Shown here in pieces: positions 49,955 to 61,996 of a DNA stretch of 64,000 nt. The first letter of the stretch is position 1. Every line of letters starts with the position of its first letter. Position numbers and translations under genes: made by a program. The notes beneath the pieces are model-generated. The model did not search any database and was not told where the DNA came from. It saw only the letters and a list, made by a program, of their open reading frames with translations. Origin of the DNA: Torpedo marmorata (Eukaryota); assembly GCA_977017645.1 (NCBI GenBank), contig OZ360221.1, positions 188,604,001 through 188,668,000 of the forward strand, read 5' to 3'.

Positions 49955-50829
49955 TCAAGATTAAAATGGGAATCAGATTTAAATATTAATATAGATGAAA
50001 AACATTGGAAAGATTTATGTAAATTGAGTATGACTAAAATTATTAATGTTAGGTATAGATTAGTACAATATAATTTTTTTCATCAACTATATTTAACACC
50101 TAAAAAATTAAAGAAATTCAATCCGATATGTGTTTTAGATGCAAGGATGAAATTGGTTCTTTTGTTCATTCAACATGGTTATGTCCTAAAATTAAGGATT
50201 TTTGGTCTAAAGTTAAAAAAATTTTAGATAGAATTTTTAATATTATGTTTCCAATGGATCCTATGTTATTTTTATTTGGAGATATTAAAAAATTTAGTAT
50301 TAGAAATAGATTAAATATGTATCAAATAGAATTTTTACGAATTGTTTTAGCGGTTTCAAAAAAATGTATTGCTATTACTTGGAAATCAGATTTAGATTTG
50401 AATTTAGATAGATTGCATGCAGAATTACGTTCATGTATACCATTAGAAAAGATTACGTATAATCTACGTAATAAATATCATTTATTTTTGAAAATTTGGA
50501 GCCCATATATGAGAATTATGGGTATGAATTAATTCTCTGGAAGTCGGCTCCGCTGTCGAAATTAACCTCCAATATATAAATAGAATTAGTTTGTAGTTTG
50601 TTTTCTCCTCACTTTAATTCTTTATTATTCAACTTTTTTCCTTTTATTCTTTTTTTTTTTTCTTTTTGTTTTTAATTTTTTTTTTCTTTAGAGTAGTGGT
50701 AGGGGGGGTTGGGGAGGGGAGGGTGGGAGGGAGGGAGGAAATATATCACATGTATTTGGAATGATATATTATTTTTGATCTATGTATTTTGTGATTTTAA
50801 AATTTAAATAAAATATAAAAATAAAAAAA
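49955..50829 (+). mobile_element. L1 3' fragment in GALNT15 intron 1
   Basis: C-terminal domain (CFRC...HSTWLCP, IPLEKITY), G-rich tract and A tail; 17-bp TSD AGAAGGGAAAATACAAA at 49938-49954 and 50830-50846. Confidence 0.92.
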
Positions 50830-51014
50830 AGAAGGGAAAATACAAACAGAAATTTTGAAATAACATGGAAAAAATATTGAGGTTGTATACAAAAATTAGG
50901 TAAGAATGTCTGCATTTCATCGTGGGTCAAGACTATTTATCTTTCAATGCAATTTTAAAGATCTTGGTGTCAGTATTAACATTTTTCACGAATATAACAA
51001 AAAGCGACTCTAAA

Positions 51015-51632
51015 GGTTGTCATAGCCGAAGGGTGGTAGTGGGGACGAGCTCCCACTGCTACACAAATGCTCTTCATGGCGTGTGTCTCAAACAGCCTCT
51101 GACAACCAAGTCCAAGTCCTGGCCTTCACATGTGGCATAGTTCTTATGCCCGGCAGAGCTGTTCTCACTGACAGGAGAAGGGGCAAATGCGGGCCACTGG
51201 CGTCTTGAAACCAGTTGCTCCGGGCAGATGGGGCTCGTTAACCACGGATGGTAACTCATCTCGGAGAGGGAAAACTAAGATTTCAAACCTCCGCTGCCTT
51301 GTGGCTATACCCGCTCATGGGAAAGGCTTTGGGAGTAAACCCTGAGGAAAAATAAGGAGTCGGTGTCCCGAAGGCGGCTGACTGCTGTACCCAGCACCGG
51401 CACGGCAACTCCTGCGATTCTGCTAGCACCAAACTGTATCGACTTTCGTTGTTCTTCTGGACCTGTCATTAGCATGGAGAGGGGGGGGGGGTCCCACTAC
51501 ATGGGCAACAGACGGATCTCCATATCAACTCTGCCCTGTCATGCGCCCTGGAGAGGCCACTCCAGCTTTCAGTGACTTCCAGAGGCGCAGTACCCATGGT
51601 CGACCACGACTGACGGAGGCCACAACAAGAAG
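51015..51632 (+). mobile_element. Non-autonomous RTE-derived element (RTE-like 5' UTR joined to an RTE-like 3' end)
   Basis: gggcagatggggctcg...ggagagggaaaactaagatttcaaacctccgctgcc resembles RTE 5' UTRs from memory; ends ggtcgaccacgactgacgg plus a short (caa/gaa) tail; no ORF. Confidence 0.6.
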
Positions 51633-51727
51633 CAGTACTGTCACCTTTTTGATTGTACATTCGTTCATTCAGAATTTGTGTTACTATAATAATTGAAATT
51701 AACTATTGCTAATTGAAATTACACAAA

Positions 51728-52033
51728 AGGAAGAGATACAGGAGTATCAGAGCCAGCACCACCAGGCTGAGGAACAGCTTCTTCTCACGGGCAGTGAGAA
51801 TGATGAACGACCAAAGGAACTGCTCACACTAACCATCCGAGACTTTCATTTGTACAAAACAATATTTATTTATTTATTTTTATAGATATAATACTTGTCC
51901 TGCATATGTATTATTTGTCTGTATCTGAGTTATGTCTGGTTGTATGTCTGCATGTTTTTGCTCCGAGGACCGGAGAACGCTGTTTCATCGGGTTGTACTT
52001 GTACAATCAGATGACAATAAACTTGACTTGACT
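51728..52033 (+). mobile_element. Rex1/Babar 3' fragment
   Basis: Matches 40130-40435; (ACTTG)n tail. Confidence 0.85.
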
Positions 52034-53339
52034 ATAAGGGATTCATCTTTCCAAGAATGCTAACATTTTCTGAGTCAGATTAAAGAAGGATTTATATAAA
52101 TCATTAAGATATGGCAAACGAGATTCCTTGTACAACACATATTGTCTACTTTCAATTTTAAGAATTATAAAGGATGGTCCATGGGTAATTATTCTTATTC
52201 TAAATATATTTCATTTCCAATAGAAAATAAAAGTTGTAGAAACATTTAATAAGCATGATAACATTCAAATTGGGAACTTTTACCTGCTAACTAAAACAGA
52301 TTTCCCAATCTGTTACTTGGTTTCCTTGGGTTGTGCAATTCAACAGTAGCTCTCAGATCAGTCTGAAATTCATATCTTCCCCGCCCTTTCTCTTTGGGAC
52401 CACTCTTGGACAAATGGGAGCCTTCTCTATTGGTTTTGTCACCGAGGTGTTTTTGGAGAGATGTCAAGGGCTACTTTGCTGCTAAAAACCAATAGTTTAA
52501 TAATAAATATTTTATCTTCAGTAATAAACTGTATTAACATTTTGGCACTCAATAGCTCACAAAGTGAAACTATGTTATTCCAAAGCATTACTGCAAGTAG
52601 ACTCTATTCTAGAGCAGTTATCTCTTCCTCACTTTTTACTTCAGTCTGCAGAATACTTTCTGCAACATGATCATGGCCTCACATAATGTGTTATAACTGT
52701 ACACTTTCCAGCCCCTACAGAATAATGCAGAACTGTACATGTTGTCACTATTCTCCAGGAACTTAAACCAGGTTACATGGATTTATCAGAAGGATGACAT
52801 GCTTACTGCTGAGTTACTCCTGTTCCTCTGTGCAACATTACTTGTCATAATTTTAATGATCTGCAAATAGTCATTGCATTGAACATCAGTTGTGATACAT
52901 GGAAATTAAAACAATTTTGTTAATTTCATCGGTGCTTAGTCATCTAAAAATGTCCTAAAAAGGCAATATTTTTGTAACTAGAAATGGTGACAGCAGTAAA
53001 TTACTAACTGTTGCATTATTTAAATTGCTTGCACCTAAGTCAAAGCTTGTAGACTCCAAGCAGTCAAAAGAGAAATAATTAAAAATGGAATAGTACGAAG
53101 TAAGTTAATTATGGTAAAGAATGAATTCTTTCACTGACAAAAAGATACTATAATTTACAGTTTGGCTTTGGCATGGACAGTTGCCAATCCAGTTAGATAT
53201 AACTAGTCTAAAACAAATACAACAGAGAATAGAAGATACTAATCACATATGGTTACAATATGAATACCCAATGAGTTGTTGTACTGTGTTCGTGTGTGCT
53301 GATTGGATGGAGCTGAGTCTCTCATTACTTTGTGTGTAG

Positions 53340-53506
53340 ATGCCTGCAGCAGGAATACAGTCAGAATCTGCCAAGTGCCAGCATCATAATTTGCTTCCAC
53401 AATGAAGCCTGGTCCACTCTTTTAAGAACAGTGAACAGTGTTATGGACACAGCCCCAAAGAAATTTCTGAAGGAGATCATCTTAGTGGACGACCTCAGTA
53501 ACCAAG
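53340..53506 (+). CDS. GALNT15: GALNT15 exon 2 (167 bp), start of the GT-A catalytic domain
   Basis: tag|A TGC...: [55 protein letters not shown]; donor AAG|GTACTT; phase matches exons 1 and 3. Confidence 0.95.
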
Positions 53507-54107
53507 GTACTTCTTTTGAAGGAATGTGCAATAGATAGCAAAATTTGTGTGCGTGTTTGAGAGAGAGAAAAATTGCACTGTGGAATTGAGCAATAAATTT
53601 TAAATGTGTTCAGTTTAAGTGGCCCCTGGTCTCCTGGTGAGTATTAACACAATTTTCTGGGGGGTGGGGGAAGTGTGAGGAGACCAGAGCCATTTTTTTC
53701 CACAGCTAAACATTTATAATTTTTTTATTGAAGTGATGCAATCTGCCTTGAACATGTCACAGACTCACACAATGGTCATGGAATTTAAAGGGATCATTTG
53801 GCTCAAGTCCACATCAGCATTATATGAGAGCAATCCACCTAATCCCACTCTCCGTTTTTCCAGTGCTCTGCAAACTTTTGCCTCTGAGATACTTGCTTAT
53901 GCTAGATATTTCATTTTAATTCACTGGCAATTTACACGTGATTAGTCGTTAAAAGACTGAAACCAAGATCCGTCATAAAACTGCAAGGATCTAGTAACTA
54001 ATAATTACTAATTATAAATGCCAATAATTAAGTTAATTCAAGGACTCATTAAAATAGAACCATTTTTAATGTATTTTAAGGACAAAATAGAATGCATTTC
54101 CTCCACC

Positions 54108-57100
54108 TTTATTTATTTATTTATTTTTTAAAAAATATTTTATTTAAAATTTTAAATAACAAAATACATAGAATAAAATATAAAATTGTCAAAAATACTT
54201 GTGATACATTTTCACCCCCCCTCCCACCCTCCCCTCACAACCCCACTAATCTAATAAAATATAAAAAAGAAAGAAATAAAGAAGAAAAAGATAAAGTAAG
54301 GAGAATGTCAATCTAATAAATACATCTATAAACTAATTTTATTATGGAGGTTTGGTAGCCAGTAGATCCAATGTCCAGAGATCTTCAAATCCTTAATCCA
54401 ACAGTTTTCATATAAGGGCTCCATATTTTCAAAAAGAAATTATATTTATTCCGTAAATTATAAGTAATTTTTTCAAGTGGTATACATGAACGAAGTTCTG
54501 CATGCCATCTTTCTAGCCCTAAATCAACATCAGATTTCCAAGTAATAGCAATGCATTTCTTTGAAACAGCTAAAGCAATTCGCAAAAATTCTATTTGATA
54601 CATATTTAATTTCATCTTAATACCAAATTTTTTAATATCTCCAAACAAAAATATCATAGGATCCATCGGAAATATAATCTTAAATAATTTATCTAAATTT
54701 TTTTTAACTTTCAACCAAAAATCATAAACTTTTGGACAAAACCATGTAGAATGTACAAAAGAACCTTCCTCTTTATTACATCTGAAACATAAACCTGATA
54801 ATGTCGGGTTAAATTTCTTTAATTTTTTAGGTGTTAAATATAATTGATGAAAAAAGTTGTATTGTACTAATCTATATCTAACATTGATAATCTTCGTCAT
54901 ACTTAATTTACATAATTCCTTCCAATGATTTTCATCTATTATTACATTCAAATCTGATTCCCATTTTAATCTTGATTTATGAATTCCTACTTTAGGAATT
55001 TTCCTCTGAAACAATTTATACATTTTAGAAATAAATTTGTTTACATCTTCTTTAGTAACTAATAATTCTAGTTCATTCTGTCTTGGTAAAATCAAAGCAT
55101 GACCTAATTTCTCAATCAAAAAGCTCTAATTTTATAATAAGCAAAAAGTGTATTATCTAATATATTAAATTTATCTTTCATTCTTTGAAAAGAAATAAAT
55201 TTCCCAGCTTCAAAACAATCATTTATTTTCTTAATTCCTTTTTGAAACCAAATTTTAAATACGGGTAGTTGATTATTAATAGTAAATGGAATAAGTCCAT
55301 TTTGATATAAAGGCATCCTTGAAGAAATCAATCCTTTTGCTCCTATTTCCTTATCCGTCTTATTCCATATTTCTAACAAATGTTTAAGAATAGGAGAATT
55401 TTTCTTTCTTGTTGATATTAATTTAGTGTCCCATTTATAAATAACTTCCTCTTTAGAATCTTCTCCTATATTATTTAATTCTATTTTAATCCAAGCAGAA
55501 AATTTAGTTGAATCAAAAAATTCATTAACAAATTTTAATTGAGCTGCTTTATAATAATTTTGGAAATTAGGAAGTTGTAAACCACCCATTTCATAATTCC
55601 AAGTTAATTTTTCCATACCTACTCTTGCTACTTTCCTTTCCATAAACATTTTCTAATAATTGAATTTAAATCTTTGAAAAATTTTTGAGGAATTTCATAA
55701 AGAATTGATTGAAAAAGATATTGAATTCTTGGAAAAACATTCATTTTAATACAATTTACTCTTCCCATTAAAGTTATAGGTATATCTTTCCAATTTTCTA
55801 AATCCTTTTTTATTTTCACAAATAATGGTAAATAATTTAATTTATATAAATTAGCCAATTTTGTGTCAATCCTTATTCCCAAATATTTAATTCCTTCCTT
55901 TGCCCATTTAAATTGTGTAATTTCTTTACATTTACTATAATCCCCTTGTGATAATGCCATAATTTCACTTTTATCAGAATTAATTTTATATCCTGATATT
56001 TCCCCATATTCTCTCAATAACACAGACAGTTGTACTAAAGATGTAGTAGATTTTGTCATATATATCAATACATCATCTGCAAATAAACTAATTTTATGTT
56101 CTTCCGTTCCAACTTTAATACCAACTATTTTAGGATCTTTTCTAACTAATTCAGCCAAAGGTTCTATCGCCAAAATAAATAACGCTGGTGACAAAGGGCA
56201 TCCTTGTCTAGTAGATCGAGTCAAAGGAAATCTTGAAGAAATCTGTCCATTTGTTGTCACCTTAGCAGTTGGTTCTTTATATATAGTTTTAATCCAATTA
56301 ATAAACGTAATTCCAAAACCAAATTTCTCCAACACCTTAAATAAAAAATTCCACTCTAGTCTATCAAAAGCCTTTTCGGCATCTAACGTTAATACTAATG
56401 GTAAATCTTCTTTCTTTTTTTGTAAATTAATTAAGCTAATTAATCTAGCTATATTATCTTTTGAATATCTATTCTTAATAAAACCAGCTTGATCTACATG
56501 AATTAAATCTGGTAAATAATTGGCCATTCTATTAGCTAAACTTTTTGCCATTATCTTATAATCTACATTTAACAATGAAATAGGTCTATATGACTCAGTT
56601 TTCAATACATCTCTATCTTTTTTTGGTATAACTGTAATTATTGCATTTAAAAATGTATCCGGTAGTGAATGGGTTTCCGTAATTTGATTTAATACATCCA
56701 TATAGGGAGGTATCAATAAGTCTTTAAACTCTTTATAAAATTCTGCTGGAAATCCATCATCACCTGGAGATTTACCAATCGTTAAAGAAGTAAGAACTTC
56801 ATTAACTTCCCTCATTGAGAAAGGTAAATCTAAAGCTTCTCTACTCTGAATATTTAATTTAGGTAATGCAATCTTAGATAAAAATCTATTAATTTTAGAA
56901 TCATCTTGATCAATCTGAGATTTATATAAATTTAAATAATAATCTTTAAAAGAATCATTTATTTCTCGAAGTTTGTAAGTTATTTCCCTAGAATTCTTTT
57001 TCTTAATAGCATTTATAGTTCTAGAAGTTTGATCTTTTTTTAATTGCCACGCCAAAACTTTATGTGCTCTTTCCCCTAATTCATAATACCTTTGTTTAGT

Positions 57101-58096
57101 TCTTTCAATTAATTTTTCCATTTTATATGTTTGTAATAAATTATAATGTAATTTTTTCCCAACTAAATTATTCCTTTTTTGAATTGATCTATTTTTTTGT
57201 AAGTCTTTTTCCAAACACTCAATTTCCTTCTCTAAATTATTAACCTCTCTAAAATAATCCTTCTTAATTTTTGCTGAATAACTTATTATCTGACCTCTTA
57301 AATAAGCTTTTAAAGCTTCCCATATAATAAATTTATTATTAGTAGAATTGGAATTTATTTGTAAAAATTCCTGAATTTCCCTTCTCATATAATCACAAAA
57401 ATCTTTTCTTTTTAATAAAGAAGAATTAAATCTCCAGCTATATACAGTTATTTTCTTTTTCCGGAATTATACAAGATATTAATAAAGGTGAATGATCAGA
57501 AATTATTCTTGCTTTATAAATTGCTTGCGTTATTCTATCTTGAACCTGTGAAGATAACAAAAATAAATCTATTCTAGAATATGAATCATGTCTAAAAGAA
57601 TAAAACGAATAATCTTTTTCTCTAGGATTCAGTTTCCTCCAAATATCTATTAAATTTAAATCTTTCATCAAAGTAAGAACTTTTTTAGCAATTTTAGTTC
57701 TAACAAGTGATCTTGAAGTTTTATCCATTATTGGATCTAAACAACAGTTGAAATCTCCACCAACTAAAATATTCTCATTAGCTTCTGACAAGTGTAAAAA
57801 AGAATCTTGAATAAACTGTTCATCATCTACATTTGGAACATACAAATTCATAAGTGTCCAAAATTCTGAATATATCTGACAATGAACAATAACATATCTA
57901 CCTGCCACATCTGTAACTATCGATTGTATATTAAAAGGTAACTTTTTATTAATTAATATAGCTACCCCTCTTGCTTTAGAGTTAAATGAAGAAGCCACCA
58001 CTTGACCAACCCATTCTCTTTTTAATTTTTGATGTTCCGAATCTACCAAATGCGTCTCTTGTAAAAAAGCTATATCTACATTCAACTTTTTAATAA
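54108..58096 (-). mobile_element. L1-clade LINE: near-complete ORF2 with frameshifts, antisense in GALNT15 intron 2
   Basis: APE, RT (LFADD) and Cys-domain motifs; TSD core TCCTCCACC at 54099-54107 and 58097-58105; same family as 26868-32185. Confidence 0.93.
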
Positions 58097-58665
58097 TCCT
58101 CCACCCTTTTATTAGTCTCTTACTTCCCTCTCATTCTTAATTCCGTCATGAAAGGGAAAAAAAGCTGCTTTATTGTGACTGTTACTATTCTTCAGTATCT
58201 CACTCCTTATTTTTATTGCTGAGTAGTTGAAATCAGCCATACCAGATACCTGTAACCAGGTTAAGAAATCTTGGTTATTTATGTCTGTATGAATTTTGAG
58301 CATTTTATAGACTGAAATTCTGATCAGATTTTGCAGCTCTAAAAAGTAATAATTCAAAAGTTCAACAAAGTACGTGTGCACATAATGATAACAATAATGA
58401 GTTGACTGTCATGTACATTGTACAATGTACAAATGCACTGAAATTCCTACTTGCTGCAGCCAAAAAGGTACTTCATTTAAAAAATATAATAGTGTGCATT
58501 AAATTAAATTAAAAAAGAGATAACAAATACAAAAGATAAATAATAAATATTCACATTTGTGCACAATGGAGAATATGTGGGTATCAGCACAGTTATAGCA
58601 CTTGTAATCTATCATTTCTCTCTACACACTCATATTTTCAGAGAATCATCATGACCTTGTGTTGA

Positions 58666-59434
58666 TCAGAATCAGAATTTATTGTCATGAACAAGTCACA
58701 AAATTCGGTGTTTTGCGGCAGCATCACAGTGCAAACATTCATATTATGAACCATCTTACAACAATAATATATTAAAAAAAAATAAAAATAGTAGTGCATG
58801 AAAAGTAAGGCAGTGTCTTTTGTTCATTGATCATTCAGGAATCTGATGGCAGCGGGGAAGAAGCTGTCCTTGTGCCGCTGAGTGCTCGTCTTGACTTGTT
58901 CATGACAATAAATTCTGACTCTGATTCTGATTCTGTACCTCCTTCCCGATGGTAGCAGAGTGAAGAGGGCATGGCCTGGCTGGTGGGGATCTTTGAGGAT
59001 AGAGGCTGCTTTTTTAAGACACCGCCTCATGAAGATGTCCTCGATGGAGTGAAGTCTGGTGCCTGTGATGTCGCAGGCCGAGTTAACAACCCTCTGGAGT
59101 ATTTTTCTTGTCCCGAGATTTGGCACCTCCATACCAGACAGAGATGCAACCAGCGAGAATGCTCTCCGCGATACACCTGTAGAAGTTTTCAAGAGTCTTC
59201 GGTGACATACCGAATCTCCTCAAGCCCCTCACAAAGTATAGTCGCTGGTGGGCCTTCTTCATGATTGAATCAACATGGAGGCTCCAGGACAGATCCTCGG
59301 AGATGTTGACATCCAGGAATTTGATGTTCGTGACCCTCTCCACTACTGAGTCCTCAATGAGGACTGGGTCGTGTTTCCCGGACTCCCTCCTGAAGTCCAC
59401 AATCATCTCCTTGGTTTTGCTAACGTTGAGCTCA
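58666..59434 (-). mobile_element. Rex1/Babar LINE 3' part, (ATTCTG)n family
   Basis: Reverse complement of the 41787-42526 family. Confidence 0.88.
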
Positions 59435-60559
59435 AGGTATTGGGGCTAGTATTCACAGCCTAAGCATTTGATCTCAAATAATTCGGTGTTATCACTGTGA
59501 ACAAATGTGCTTAAGCCCCTGCTAACCTTTGATAGGATTTTCAGATTCCTTTTACCTAAGAAGATTGTATAAACCTGGCAGCACTCTTCACCAATACCCC
59601 ACCCTCCCCCACAATTCCTGTCTCAACCAAATAGGATAAAACAATTATAATTTCCATTATCTATTAAAGCAGAGTCTTGTCTATTAGTGCATTTAGGCAT
59701 TTATAATGTTATGGATTTAAGTAGAGCAGTTTTCTTATAATCAATACCACCAAAAAATAGATTAGTAATTTATCTGCTTAGGTAGAGAAAGTGGTCGTGG
59801 AAACAATAAGTCTTTAGGTATGTGGTCTTCCATTACAATTGGTTTCTCTGATTCTCTCTTCACAGATGCTACTTGGAATGGTGCATATTTTAAGCATTTT
59901 TAGTTTTTACTTAAGATTTCCAGCACCAACAGTATTTTGCTTTTGGTCATTTATTTAAGACATATTGGGCATAGAATACCTGTTTATTTGCCTATCTAGC
60001 TGCAGTGACTATACTCATGGTAAGGTATGTTGAGAGTGCCATAGGCCATTTCAACATGAAATGTGCCACATAATTAAAAGTAATATTTATCGTTATCCTT
60101 CATTGGTAATTGGGAAATAAAAGGAAAAATAAATATATAATGAAATAAAACACTGAATTCTTGATTAGTAAATGTGATGCTGTATCTCAATTGCAAATAC
60201 TCTGTAGACTACATGAAAATGAAATTCAAACATATTTTTGTCAAAATGCCAATATAAATGCAGCAATGCTGTGACCATTCCATGACAGGGAATACTGTTA
60301 CCATTTAATTCAGTAATATTTTCACCTTTTATATTATTTATAATATAAAATCTTTCATAAATATGCATTCCAATTGTTGAATTAATATTTTTTCTCCTGA
60401 ATATCACAGCTGTATTACAGAATTACTTGATTTTCTACAATCTGCTATTATTGAAGTTTTAGGCTTATTTGTAACATTATACCTGGTGCAGTAAGAAGGG
60501 TTCTACTGCGAGCAGTTTCATGGATCAATTTTAACATGCATAAAGTTATGTAAAGTAGA

Positions 60560-61515
60560 AGAGCAAGAGCACAATTGCAGAGTAAAGGGTTACAATGAAA
60601 TAAAGATTAATAAGTACAAAGCAAGGGCAGGATGTGAGCATTGTTGTGGGGTTCATTCAGGATCCTGATGGCTGCAAGGAAAAAACTGTCCTTAAGTCTG
60701 TTGGTGCATGATTTCACACTTTAGAGCCTACTACCCACTGGGAGGAGGGAGAAGAGAGTGTGCCCAGGATAGGATGGCTGTCTTTCCTAGGCAGTGGGAG
60801 AAGTAGATGGAGTACATGGTGGGGAGGGAAGTTTCCTTAATGTTCTGAGCTGCATTCAACATTTTATGCAGCGCCTTCCAATCTTGAGCACAGCAGCTCC
60901 AATTCAATGCTGTGATGTATCCAGCAAGTATGCTTTCGATGGTGCTAGTGTAGACGTTGTTGAGAAACATTGGATACATGTAGAACTTCCTTTAGTCTTC
61001 TAAGGAAGGAGAAGTGATGGTGTGCTTTCTTGACCATTGTGTCATCGTGGTTGTTCCAGGTCAGGTCATTGGAAATGTTTACTCTTAAGAACTTGAAAGT
61101 ATCTAATCTTTCTATTTCAGCGCCATTGATATGGACAAGAATGTAGTTTCTGTTCCCTCTACTGAGGTCAATAATCCTCTCCTTCGTCTTACTGATGTTG
61201 AGAGAGAGTTTGTTATCTTGGCACCATGCCACTTGTTTTTCATTAGTTGATTATATTATTATATATCATTGTTATTATATGCCAGCATTATTTAATACCC
61301 TGTTGTCATTGGCAAATTTGAAGAGGAGTGGAAAGGTATTTAGCTGTACAGTCATAGGTGATTGGGAGCATAGTAGGCGACTGAGTACACATTCTTAAGG
61401 GGCGCCGGTGTTGAGCATGATCGTGGAGAAGGTGTTACTGCCCATTCTCACTGATTGAGGTCTGTTAGTCAGGAAGTCAAGGATTCATTTGCAGTTGGGG
61501 ATGCTGAGACCTCAA
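60560..61515 (-). mobile_element. Old Rex1/Babar fragment
   Basis: WCQDNKLSLNISKTKE, FKFLRVNIS, SFLRRL, TIESILAG remnants. Confidence 0.7.
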
Positions 61516-61791
61516 TCCTGAAAACTGCCTAATTCCTGGCGTAGGTCAGGTGGAGCATATAACAAAACAGATTATGTTTTGTTGGAGAAATACAGTACGT
61601 TTTGAGGAATATACTGTATGTTACATCTTCAATTATTCGGTTGGGTTATTGATCATGAATAAATATGTCTATATTTAACACTTTGGGGAGAATCAAGAGG
61701 TGTCTGTACACAGCGATGCTGGTACCTTGCTCCCTTTCAGGAGTTTTATCAATAACTAAGCAGAACTGTGATTCATTTCTCCTGTTCACAG

Positions 61792-61996
61792 GACATCTGA
61801 AGGCTGCTTTGAGTGAGTATATTTCCAAGCTGGATGGTGTCAGGTTGATTCGCAGCAATAAAAGACTTGGAGTGATTGGAGGTCGCATGCTTGGTGCAGC
61901 ACGGGCAACAGGGGAGGTCTTGATTTTCATGGACTCTCATTGCGAGTGCCACAATGGCTGGCTCGAACCACTCTTGGATAGAATAGCTCTTGACAG
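61792..61996 (+). CDS. GALNT15: GALNT15 exon 3 (205 bp), containing the DxH metal-binding motif; the gene continues beyond the window
   Basis: cag|GA CAT...: GHLKAALSEYISKLDGVRLIRSNKRLGVIGGRMLGAARATGEVLIFMDSHCECHNGWLEPLLDRIALDR; donor CAG|GTATGT. The LKAALSEY and RSNKRLG motifs recall GALNT15 specifically. Confidence 0.95.
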
